Part shown: in pieces, positions 55,406 to 64,000 of the stretch
How positions within the stretch are numbered: the stretch's first letter is position 1
Layout of the letters: each line of letters starts with the position of its first letter
Source of the DNA: a virus
Reading direction: 5' to 3' (one strand)
Length of the DNA stretch: 64,000 bases
Virus record (IMG/VR): IMGVR_UViG_3300022934_000003
Made by a program: the position numbers and the translations under genes
Notes under the pieces: generated by a model
Told to the model about the DNA's origin: nothing
The model's input: the letters and a program-made list of their open reading frames with translations, nothing else
The model's database searches: none

Positions 55406-57727
55406 ATGGCATTTTATAATAATCAGCCTTTAATTGAAAAGAAAATATCTTTTAAGATACCACAGCAATTCCCTGCTCACTTTAGAGAGAATGGCCCCGA
55501 ATTAGTTCAATTAGTAAAAGATTATTATGAATTCCTTGAAACACAACCAGATATGAGTGTCTATAATAATAGACGATTATTTGAATATAGAGATATTAGT
55601 CAAACATTAGATTCAATGCTTGATTTCTTTAGAAAGAAATTCATGGCAGATCTTCCTGTATTATCTGATGAAAAAACAAAATTTGTAATTAAAAACATTT
55701 TAGATCTATATCGAAGAAAGGGTACTGAATCAGGTATTAGATTATTTTTTAGAATGTTTTATGAAGAAGATATTGATGTAATCTATCCTTCTAAATATAT
55801 GTTAAAGCCATCTGATTCAAAATGGCAAACTGGTACTTATTTGCAAATGATGCAAAATAATAATGAGTTTCCAAATAGAGCGGGTACAATTATATACACG
55901 TATTTAGATTTAATTAGTAGAGATATTGTCGGATCTATTTCTAAAGCAAGAGCAGTTGTAGATAAAATTAATTTTGTTTTTCTTAATAAAACACTCACTC
56001 CTATTATTTACATTTCTAATCCAAAAGGTAAGTTTGTAAAATTTGATGAGATCGTTTCTCGAATTGATGGAGAGGATATTTCATTCGGAAAATTAAATGG
56101 TTCTGCTGATGAATTAGAAATAAATTTAGGATACGGCGGAACAACTGGAAATAAAGTAGGTGATATATTTAATTTAGAATCTGAATATGGTAAAGGCGGT
56201 ACATGTATCGTAACCGATCTTGAAGATGAATTTACCGGTACTATTGATTACAATCTTCTTGATGGAGGATTTGGATATACAATAGAAAATACTAAAATAC
56301 TTGTATCTAATCAAGTATTAGTTATACCAAATGAACCAAGAAGATTTACCGTATTAGAAAGATTAAAAGATAGTGCAAATAATGTCGGTACTGTTATTGG
56401 ACAAAATGGTATTGCAGTTGGTTTAAAAATGGAAGGTGGACAAGAATTTGCATGGGGCCGCACGATTGAAACAATGGACAGAAGTCCAAATATTGTAATT
56501 CCATTTTATAATGCTAATTCAGCGCCTGATGGTATTTTAACAGTAGGTGGAAAAAATGATTCATCGCCTGGTCCGTTATATGCAAATACCGGTGATCCTA
56601 CTCATGCTAAAGTAGAAACATTAAGTAATATTGAAACTGTTAGTCTCATTACAGATAAATTAGCAGGCTTTTTAAATGTACCATTAAATTCATCGAATTT
56701 TAATGCTGTCCCTCCTGCGACCCAACCAATGTCTGGTAATACAGATCCAGTAACACTTGCTACAGCATTAGAAGATGCTTTCGATTTAACTCCATTTGAT
56801 ATTGGTACTATTGAAACATTTGAAAATATCGATCCTGGCGAAAATTATGTTAATGATGTTTGGACTCTCGTTAAAGATGAGGTAATGATTGGTTTTGACA
56901 GAAGAAACCAAATTTTAACATTTGATGATTTTAATGCATCTTTTTCTGAAGGAGATGTTATATCTCAAAATCAAGGTGGGGGTGTAATTGTTAGTGGTGT
57001 TATTTTAGGAGTTAATAGTAATTTAAAATATATTAATGTAAGACCTTATAGTTATTATGGATTTAAGAAAGGCTTTAATGTTAACCATTTCGGTAATTAC
57101 TTCGAAGTAATTTCTGTTGAGGTAGATTATAGCTCTGAACAATTTGGTGATAACGCTGATTTATTTTCAAAAACATTATTTTCACAAGGAAGAATTGCTG
57201 CAGCAAAAGTTTTAAATTCTGGTTTTGGTTATATTGATAAAGAAACAGTATATCTAACAGATGATGAAGGAACTCGTCATGCAGAAGCAGAATTAAGAGC
57301 AAATTCACAAGGTATTACTGCAGGATTTTGGGGATCAACAACATCTCATATTAATGGATATACTAAAACATTAGCAGAAGATGGAGAAGATTTTTATTAC
57401 GATTCTCAAATGAAAATACAAGATAGTGATTATTATCAAGAATTTTCTTATGAAATTAAATCTACAATTGATCCTAAACGTTATGAAACTGTATTAAAAG
57501 AAAGTATGCATTTAGCAGGTACTAAATTATATGGAGACTTCATTTATAAAAATAAAGCTTCAGTTGGACTTGGTGCTAAGATGTTTGTACAAACTAAAGA
57601 TGATTATATTAAAGGCGGTAATCCAATTGTCGGTCCAGGTCAAAGTATAGGAAGTCAAGTTGTAACAGCAGATAATTATGTTTATACAGTAGATACTACT
57701 TCATTTGCTGCTGACCTTGCAAGATAA
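55406..57727 (+). CDS. Baseplate wedge gp7-like
   Basis: YRRKGTE.G..LFFR; IQDSDYYQEFSYEIKS; HLAG. Confidence 0.8.
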   Translation: MAFYNNQPLIEKKISFKIPQQFPAHFRENGPELVQLVKDYYEFLETQPDMSVYNNRRLFEYRDISQTLDSMLDFFRKKFMADLPVLSDEKTKFVIKNILDLYRRKGTESGIRLFFRMFYEEDIDVIYPSKYMLKPSDSKWQTGTYLQMMQNNNEFPNRAGTIIYTYLDLISRDIVGSISKARAVVDKINFVFLNKTLTPIIYISNPKGKFVKFDEIVSRIDGEDISFGKLNGSADELEINLGYGGTTGNKVGDIFNLESEYGKGGTCIVTDLEDEFTGTIDYNLLDGGFGYTIENTKILVSNQVLVIPNEPRRFTVLERLKDSANNVGTVIGQNGIAVGLKMEGGQEFAWGRTIETMDRSPNIVIPFYNANSAPDGILTVGGKNDSSPGPLYANTGDPTHAKVETLSNIETVSLITDKLAGFLNVPLNSSNFNAVPPATQPMSGNTDPVTLATALEDAFDLTPFDIGTIETFENIDPGENYVNDVWTLVKDEVMIGFDRRNQILTFDDFNASFSEGDVISQNQGGGVIVSGVILGVNSNLKYINVRPYSYYGFKKGFNVNHFGNYFEVISVEVDYSSEQFGDNADLFSKTLFSQGRIAAAKVLNSGFGYIDKETVYLTDDEGTRHAEAELRANSQGITAGFWGSTTSHINGYTKTLAEDGEDFYYDSQMKIQDSDYYQEFSYEIKSTIDPKRYETVLKESMHLAGTKLYGDFIYKNKASVGLGAKMFVQTKDDYIKGGNPIVGPGQSIGSQVVTADNYVYTVDTTSFAADLAR

Positions 57728-57768
57728 AATAAATAATAAATTAAACAAATTAAAATAGGAATAGAAAA

Positions 57769-58935
57769 ATGGCAAAGCAAACAATTAATATCGGATTAGC
57801 TCCTAATGATGGAAATGGCGATCCTATAAGAGATGCTTTTGATAAAGTTAATGATAATTTTACAGAATTGTATAACTTCGATGCGGGTTTGCCGGCAGTT
57901 GCAACATCTGGAGATTACGGAGATTTACAGGGTTTGCCAACCTTATTCACAGCAAATAATATTAGTGTTAATACTGCTAACACAGCAAATACTTTTTCAT
58001 TAAACTATAATAATACAACTGCAACAATAACTTTAATACCAGGAAGAATTCCAGATGATTTAACTGATTTAGGAATCGCAGACGGGGCTAATGGTACTGT
58101 ATTAACAACTGATGGTAGTGGAAATTTTAGATTTTTATCAGTTGGAGCTGTTGGTGGCGGTGGAATCGCTCTTACTGATTTAAGTGTTGGTACTCCAGCT
58201 TCCGCTAATAGCAGTGGTGCTTTAGCATATAATAATACTAGCGGTGTATTTACATACACTCCTCCAGTTATTCCAGCAGATTTATTAGACTTGGGTATTA
58301 GCGATGGTTCTAATAATCAAGTATTAACAACCGATGGTGCAGGTAATTTTACATTTAAAACAGTTACAACTGGTGGTGTTTCATATGCAGATTCCGATGT
58401 AGATGCTCATTTAAATACAAGTTCTGCCGCAAATAATGAAGTATTAAGTTGGAATGGTACTGATTACGACTGGGTTGCACAAAGTAGTGGCAGCGGCGGT
58501 GGATTATCAAATACAGAAATTATTAATCTAGTATCTGGATCTGGCCTAGTCATGTTACCAACAAGAACTACAAAAACTGGTACAACAACATCTCTTGCTG
58601 ATGGCGCTAGTGGTAATTTAGACATTACAGGATTTAAATCTTATGGATTAATGTCAATTCAAACAGATAAAGCTGCTTGGGTAAGAATTTATACAGATGA
58701 TGCTTCAAGAACTGCAGACGCATCTAGAGCAGAAACAACAGATCCTACTCCAGATGCTGGTGTTGTTGCAGAAGTAATTACAACAGGAGCAAGTACTATA
58801 TTAGTTTCACCTGGTGTATTTGGATTTAATAATGAAGCAACTCCAACTACAACAATTCCTTGCGCAGTTAAAAATAAATCTGGTTCTACAGCTACTGTAC
58901 AAGTTACACTTAAATTATTACAACTAGAGGCTTAA
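57769..58935 (+). CDS. gp9/gp10-like baseplate/fibre protein with internal repeats
   Basis: MAKQ.INIG..PNDG.GD..RDAF.K.N.NF.ELY; two IP.DL.DLGI.DG....VLTTDG.GNF.F repeats. Confidence 0.7.
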   Translation: MAKQTINIGLAPNDGNGDPIRDAFDKVNDNFTELYNFDAGLPAVATSGDYGDLQGLPTLFTANNISVNTANTANTFSLNYNNTTATITLIPGRIPDDLTDLGIADGANGTVLTTDGSGNFRFLSVGAVGGGGIALTDLSVGTPASANSSGALAYNNTSGVFTYTPPVIPADLLDLGISDGSNNQVLTTDGAGNFTFKTVTTGGVSYADSDVDAHLNTSSAANNEVLSWNGTDYDWVAQSSGSGGGLSNTEIINLVSGSGLVMLPTRTTKTGTTTSLADGASGNLDITGFKSYGLMSIQTDKAAWVRIYTDDASRTADASRAETTDPTPDAGVVAEVITTGASTILVSPGVFGFNNEATPTTTIPCAVKNKSGSTATVQVTLKLLQLEA

Positions 58936-58936
58936 T

Positions 58937-60625
58937 ATGCTAAGAGAATGGATTGTCACTCTCCATAATAAAGAAGATCTCGAAGATTTCTATAATGATA
59001 TGGAAACACCGGGAGGCAATTTATATATTCCAGACAGAGCTGTTGACCTAGTAAATAGAAGAGAAATTAGTCGTAATACGCATTATATGTTAACTGATGA
59101 AGAAGTTGAAGAAGTTAAAAAAGATCCAAGAGTATGGGGTTGTGATTTAAGAGAACTTGTTGATAATACAACAAAACCCTGTGGTTATTCTCTTACAAAT
59201 GCAGATTTTGAAAAGTCTTGGCTTAGTGCTGCTGCAACGGATATTAACTGGGGATTATTAAGAGAAACAGAAGTTGATAATAGAACTAACTGGGGAGATA
59301 ATGGAACATCATTAGTTACTGATAATTTAACAATTACTGCTTCGGGAAAAAATGTAGATGTATTAATTGTAGATGGTCATATTGATCCAGATCATCCAGA
59401 ATTTGCAGTTAATTCAGATGGCTCTGGTGGTTCAAGAGTTGTACAATATAATTGGTTTCAAAATAATGTTGGTTCTGGTACAGGTACTTATACTTATGAT
59501 AGATCTGGTTCTTATACAAATGCTTTAGATGCGGATGATAACGATCATGGTTGTCATTGCGCAGGAACAGTAGCAGGTAATACACAAGGATGGGCTAGAG
59601 ATGCAAACATTTATAATATTAGTCCTTATGGTTCGAATCCAAACTGGGGTAATGTAGGCTACGGCTCTTCTACAATGTGGGATTATATTAGAGCTTGGCA
59701 CAATTCAAAACCAATTAATTCTGCAACTGGCAGAAGAAATCCTACTATATCAAATAATAGTTATGGATCTAGTATTATTTCAAATTATTCTGGAAGTTAT
59801 ACTACAGGTGCTATTACTAGAATAAATTATAGAGGAGTTGATTTTAATCCTGGTAGAGATCTAACCGTTGCTGAGTTAGAAGCAAGAGGTTGCTATACTA
59901 ATGCAAGTACTACAATGAGTATTCCGAATTATTTTACATCTCGTGAAGCTGATATCCAAGATGCTATTGATGATGGAATTATTATTGTAGCTTCTGCAGG
60001 AAATGATAGTTGGAAGATTGTTAATAGTAATGACCAAGATTATAATAATTATTTTGAAATGGTTTATCAAGGCGTTAATTTTAGTTGGTATTTACATAGA
60101 GGTACAGGATCAGCAGCAGGCTACGCCCCTGTTATAACAGTTGGTGCCGTATGTAATAATACAACAGAAGAAAAAGCAACATTTAGTAATTGTGGAAGTC
60201 AAGTAGATGTTTATGCCGCAGGTGAAGCGATTAATAGTTCTTTACATAGAGCTTCTAGTGGAGGAGCAGGTAGTGGTGTAAATGATCCAAGAAATGCTAG
60301 TTATGCTATTGGTAAATATCAAGGAACAAGTATGTCCGGACCGCAGGTTGCAGGAATACTTGCTTTGCTTGCTGAAAGTTGGCCAAATATGAATCAAGAG
60401 GAAGCTCATGCTTGGATTGTTGATAATGCTAATGATAATAAAATGTACGATACAAATACAGATGATCCTACAGATAGAGTAAGTTTACAATTTGGCGATA
60501 ACAAATATGCTAGATGGATTAATCAAAGACAAATAGATGGAAATAATTTTCCACAAAGAAATTTTGCAGTAAGACCTACGTCTGGTACTGCATATCCTAG
60601 ACCAAGAATTAGAAGAAGAGGCTAG
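58937..60625 (+). CDS. Subtilisin-like S8 serine protease
   Basis: Triad VLIVDG / HGCHCAGT / GTSMSGPQVAG; oxyanion SAGND; N-terminal prodomain. Confidence 0.92.
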   Translation: MLREWIVTLHNKEDLEDFYNDMETPGGNLYIPDRAVDLVNRREISRNTHYMLTDEEVEEVKKDPRVWGCDLRELVDNTTKPCGYSLTNADFEKSWLSAAATDINWGLLRETEVDNRTNWGDNGTSLVTDNLTITASGKNVDVLIVDGHIDPDHPEFAVNSDGSGGSRVVQYNWFQNNVGSGTGTYTYDRSGSYTNALDADDNDHGCHCAGTVAGNTQGWARDANIYNISPYGSNPNWGNVGYGSSTMWDYIRAWHNSKPINSATGRRNPTISNNSYGSSIISNYSGSYTTGAITRINYRGVDFNPGRDLTVAELEARGCYTNASTTMSIPNYFTSREADIQDAIDDGIIIVASAGNDSWKIVNSNDQDYNNYFEMVYQGVNFSWYLHRGTGSAAGYAPVITVGAVCNNTTEEKATFSNCGSQVDVYAAGEAINSSLHRASSGGAGSGVNDPRNASYAIGKYQGTSMSGPQVAGILALLAESWPNMNQEEAHAWIVDNANDNKMYDTNTDDPTDRVSLQFGDNKYARWINQRQIDGNNFPQRNFAVRPTSGTAYPRPRIRRRG

Positions 60626-60633
60626 ACTGTGAT

Positions 60634-60641
60634 TATAAATA
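60634..60641 (+). promoter_or_regulatory. Late promoter TATAAATA
   Basis: Upstream of gp8. Confidence 0.75.
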
Positions 60642-60662
60642 TTACAAAAGATTGGATAAGAA

Positions 60663-62309
60663 ATGGCTGAAGTACTAACTACCACACTAAAAAACGATAT
60701 CGCTAGATTATTCTACGAAGATTTAACTAATAATGATTATTACGTTATGGTTTCTTCTGTCTCTAACCAAGAATTAGTAAGAGTTGACGCTGTTAATTCT
60801 CAATATAGTAAAAACGAATTTAAAGAAAAAGTTCTTTTTGGTAAAAAATTATATCAAAATGATCTTAAGTTTATGATTAAATATTATCCTTGGCAAAAGG
60901 ATGAAACATATACTCAATATGATGATCAAGTTGATTTAGAAGGAACTAATTTCTATGCTGTAGTTGGTCCAACTAATAATGACTCTGGAGATTATAGAGT
61001 TTATAAATGCTTGTCAAATAATAATGGCAATCCTTCTACGGTACCACCTAATTATAATCCAACAACAATCAATCAAATTTATAGAACTGCTGATGGTTAT
61101 GTTTGGAAATTTATGTATTATCTTACAGAGTCTGATTTCGAAGCTTATAATGCTATTGGTTTTATTCCATTACATGGCACGTTTGAAATTAATCCAAATC
61201 CTTCAGCGAATGCAAATAATATTATTACAGGAGCTGAGGTAAGTGATATTTTTGTAGAAAATTATATTGATAATAATGGTTATACTTTTGTATCTGTTGG
61301 AAATGTTCCATCAACACCCGGTAATCAATCTCAAGTTCAATTATCATCTTCTGAATTAAGTCAGATTACAGATTATTATTCTGGAATGACTCTCGTCCTT
61401 ACTAAAAATACACAAACATGGACTTATTTAATTGATTCATATACTTATAGAGATTCTTCTGGCACTGGTTTTGCCACGGTCGTTGGTGATCCGCAAGGTG
61501 ATGGTGTAACATTAGGCGCGTCATTTAAGATTGTTCCTACAATAGAAATTAAAGGTGATGGCACAGGTGCTGTAGCAATACCTTATGTAAATAGTGAAGG
61601 ACGTATTACTTCAGTACAAGTATTAGAAACAGGTTCTGGCTATCATAGAATTACTGCAACCGTAAAAGATCCAGCTTTTGATTTTGATCCTGATGATCCA
61701 ACAACAATTGATGTTAGAGCAACTTTAAGACCAGTACTTTCTCCAGAAGGTTATCATAATTGGAATCTAATTGATGAAATGCATTGTCGTCATATATTGC
61801 TTTATGGTTATATTACAGAAGATGATAATAACCAAATAGGTGCAACAAATAATTATTCAGCAATTGGTATTATAAAAAATCCAGAATTTACTTCAGATGC
61901 AAGTGGTAATACAGCATCGCCACATGTATTTGATAATAGAATTCAAGTTATAACAGACGATTATGGAAAAGCAGTTGTCGATGGAAGATTATATCAAGTA
62001 GATACAGATCAAAATATAATTTTTGATTCTAGAGTACATGACATATATGGACAAGCAAACACTGTATACTTATGTGATTATATGGGACCATATATTAATC
62101 AAACAAACAATGATATTTCTTTTGATTATACAAAAGATTTATTTAATTCAACAGGACAGAGAATACAAATAAATAATCCAGTAGCCAATAATGTTATTGA
62201 GTCAAGATATGTACAAAGATCTGGCACAGTATATTTTATGGAAGACTTCTTCCCGTTAGAAAGATCGGAAACTTCTAGAGAAGAATATAAACTGGTTTTA
62301 GAATTTTAA
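60663..62309 (+). CDS. Baseplate wedge gp8-like
   Basis: YRVYKCLSNN...S...P, DGYVWKFMY, EEYKLVLEF. Confidence 0.85.
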   Translation: MAEVLTTTLKNDIARLFYEDLTNNDYYVMVSSVSNQELVRVDAVNSQYSKNEFKEKVLFGKKLYQNDLKFMIKYYPWQKDETYTQYDDQVDLEGTNFYAVVGPTNNDSGDYRVYKCLSNNNGNPSTVPPNYNPTTINQIYRTADGYVWKFMYYLTESDFEAYNAIGFIPLHGTFEINPNPSANANNIITGAEVSDIFVENYIDNNGYTFVSVGNVPSTPGNQSQVQLSSSELSQITDYYSGMTLVLTKNTQTWTYLIDSYTYRDSSGTGFATVVGDPQGDGVTLGASFKIVPTIEIKGDGTGAVAIPYVNSEGRITSVQVLETGSGYHRITATVKDPAFDFDPDDPTTIDVRATLRPVLSPEGYHNWNLIDEMHCRHILLYGYITEDDNNQIGATNNYSAIGIIKNPEFTSDASGNTASPHVFDNRIQVITDDYGKAVVDGRLYQVDTDQNIIFDSRVHDIYGQANTVYLCDYMGPYINQTNNDISFDYTKDLFNSTGQRIQINNPVANNVIESRYVQRSGTVYFMEDFFPLERSETSREEYKLVLEF

Positions 62310-62321
62310 GGAAATAGATAA

Positions 62322-64000
62322 ATGCCAATTAATACAGATTTAAACATAGCACCATATTTCGATGACTTCGATATAGAAAATCAATTCTATAAGATATTGT
62401 TTAAACCTGCATATGCGGTTCAAGCAAGAGAATTAACTCAACTTCAAACTATTTTACAAAACCAAGTAGAGCAATTTGGAGATAATATTTTCCAAGATGG
62501 AAGTATTATTAAAGGTTGTACATTTACTGATTTGGACGGTTTACAATATGTTAAAGTAGTTGATAAATCTGGTGTTGATGTACAAACACTTATTGGTGGT
62601 GCAGATACAGATATTATTGGTGGTGTTGAAACAGAAATTGATGTTGCATATGAATTAGAAGGTGTACAATCTGGACTTAAAGCAAATATTGTTTCTGCTA
62701 CTCGTGGATTTGAAACTCGTCCACCTAATTTAAATACTTTCTATATTAACTATACAAATTCAAATGAAACTGGCGGTTATAAACAGTTTATTGCTGGTGA
62801 GCAATTAAGAATTAATCGTTACAAATATAATGGTGGAGCAATTTATAGCTCAGAATTAAATATAGAAAATATTAACGTTACATTACAAACAGATCCAGTT
62901 GGTAAATCATTTGGTATTCAATCATCTGCTGGTGTAATTTTCCAAAAAGGTCATTTCTTATTTTCTGATGCACAAACATTAATTGTTTCTAAGTATGACG
63001 ATAATCCTGATGGTGTATCTGTTGGCTTTGAAGTAAAAGAAGAATTAATTTCATCATTACAAGATCCATCTTTATATGATAATGCAAATGGATCATCTAA
63101 TGAAAACGCGCCGGGTGCAGATAGACTCAAATTAATCCCATCATTAGTTACTAAAGACACAACTCTTGCAGATGTTGACTCTAATTTCTTTTCATTAATA
63201 AGATATAAAAATGGAGCTGCTGTTACGTTAAGAGATGTTTCTCAATTTAATTCTATTGCAACAGAACTTGCAAATAGAACATATGAAGAATCAGGTAACT
63301 ATGTTGTTGAAAGATTTAAAGTTAATGCAGAACGTAGAAATAATGTATTAAATGCATTAGTTGGAAAAGGTATTGCATATGTCAAAGGTTATAGAGTAGA
63401 ACAAAGAGGTGATTCTAATTTTGCAATTGATGAAGTTGCAAATACATTTACACAATCAAGTGCTACATCATTTAATTATGGTGCATATGTAAATATTACT
63501 ACTGCAAATACTGGAAGTCAACTTAATTTAGAATATGATCCAGTTGATTTAATTAATTCAAGTAATGCAAAAATTGGTACAGCATTTGTAAGAAATATTA
63601 CGCCGAGTGAAGTATACTTATTTGCTGTTAATATGACAGGAAGTAATTCTATTAAAGATGTTGTTTCAATTAATAACAATTATTTAAATGCTGATAAAGT
63701 AGGTATTGATGCCAGTTCAATTTTACATGAACAACATAAAGCTCCTGCTATTTTCCCAACCGGTACGTCAAGTATAAAATCTATTACAAATATTAATTTA
63801 CCAGTAAGAGTAAGTAAAGACATTACAGGTATTGCTGCTAATCAATTTACTGTTGTTGCAGATGCGGATACAGATTTTGCGGTAGAAAATACTGATATGT
63901 TATTTGTAGATGCTTCTAATAAGATTATTCCTATTACAAATTATACTACTTCAAATAACAATACAGAACTTAATATTGATTTAGATCCTGCCTATAGTTC
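62322..64000 (+). CDS. Large virion structural protein (DUF4815-like), partial
   Basis: MPINTDLNIAPYFDDF...ILFKP..AVQARELTQLQ.ILQNQ; NAPGADRL; RTYEESGNY; open to window end. Confidence 0.85.
   Translation, partial: MPINTDLNIAPYFDDFDIENQFYKILFKPAYAVQARELTQLQTILQNQVEQFGDNIFQDGSIIKGCTFTDLDGLQYVKVVDKSGVDVQTLIGGADTDIIGGVETEIDVAYELEGVQSGLKANIVSATRGFETRPPNLNTFYINYTNSNETGGYKQFIAGEQLRINRYKYNGGAIYSSELNIENINVTLQTDPVGKSFGIQSSAGVIFQKGHFLFSDAQTLIVSKYDDNPDGVSVGFEVKEELISSLQDPSLYDNANGSSNENAPGADRLKLIPSLVTKDTTLADVDSNFFSLIRYKNGAAVTLRDVSQFNSIATELANRTYEESGNYVVERFKVNAERRNNVLNALVGKGIAYVKGYRVEQRGDSNFAIDEVANTFTQSSATSFNYGAYVNITTANTGSQLNLEYDPVDLINSSNAKIGTAFVRNITPSEVYLFAVNMTGSNSIKDVVSINNNYLNADKVGIDASSILHEQHKAPAIFPTGTSSIKSITNINLPVRVSKDITGIAANQFTVVADADTDFAVENTDMLFVDASNKIIPITNYTTSNNNTELNIDLDPAYS

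Noticed and set aside
1695-62951. Numerous short ORF-track entries antisense to or nested in real genes (e.g. 5736-5990, 11966-12507, 15911-17200, 25286-26255, 58005-58259)
   Set aside because: Shadow ORFs overlapping well-supported genes; no SD or recognisable motifs.
1-64000. Alternative genetic code (stop-codon reassignment)
   Set aside because: Core genes are full length in the standard code and TAA, TAG and TGA all serve as stops; only gp53 is split.

Overview
AT-rich 64-kb segment of a large T4-like marine myovirus genome. It carries the T4 core replication and transcription genes (gp52, gp39/60, uvsY, uvsW, gp55, gp47, gp46, gp43, gp45, gp44, gp62, regA), a baseplate/tail block (gp3, gp29-like, gp51, gp26, gp54, gp2, gp4, gp48, gp53, gp27-like, gp5, gp25, gp6, gp7, gp9/10-like, gp8), three tRNAs, consensus sigma70 early promoters and TATAAATA late promoters. 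The accessory genes suggest a sulfur-oxidising gammaproteobacterial host such as SUP05/Thioglobaceae (inference): a single-Cys DsrC/TusE, a sulfur-globule-like protein, a porin, GcvH and FdxA. Main highlights: (1) a candidate new DNA hypermodification pathway made of a gp42-type dCMP hydroxymethylase, a BGT-like glycosyltransferase coupled to UDP-galactopyranose mutase, GalE, a second glycosyltransferase, and a divergent C5-methyltransferase whose C-terminus copies the polymerase's clamp-binding tail, together predicting furanosyl (Galf or Araf)-hmC; (2) a late-expressed operon of secreted, pilus-like envelope proteins followed by a u-spanin-like lipoprotein and a holin-like gene; (3) a late sulfur module (DsrC-like plus Sgp-like); (4) a probable SD-stimulated -1 frameshift joining gp26 to gp51; (5) an orphan perfect promoter antisense to uvsW; (6) gp53 split in frame. 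All family calls come from motif recognition by eye; no searches were run.
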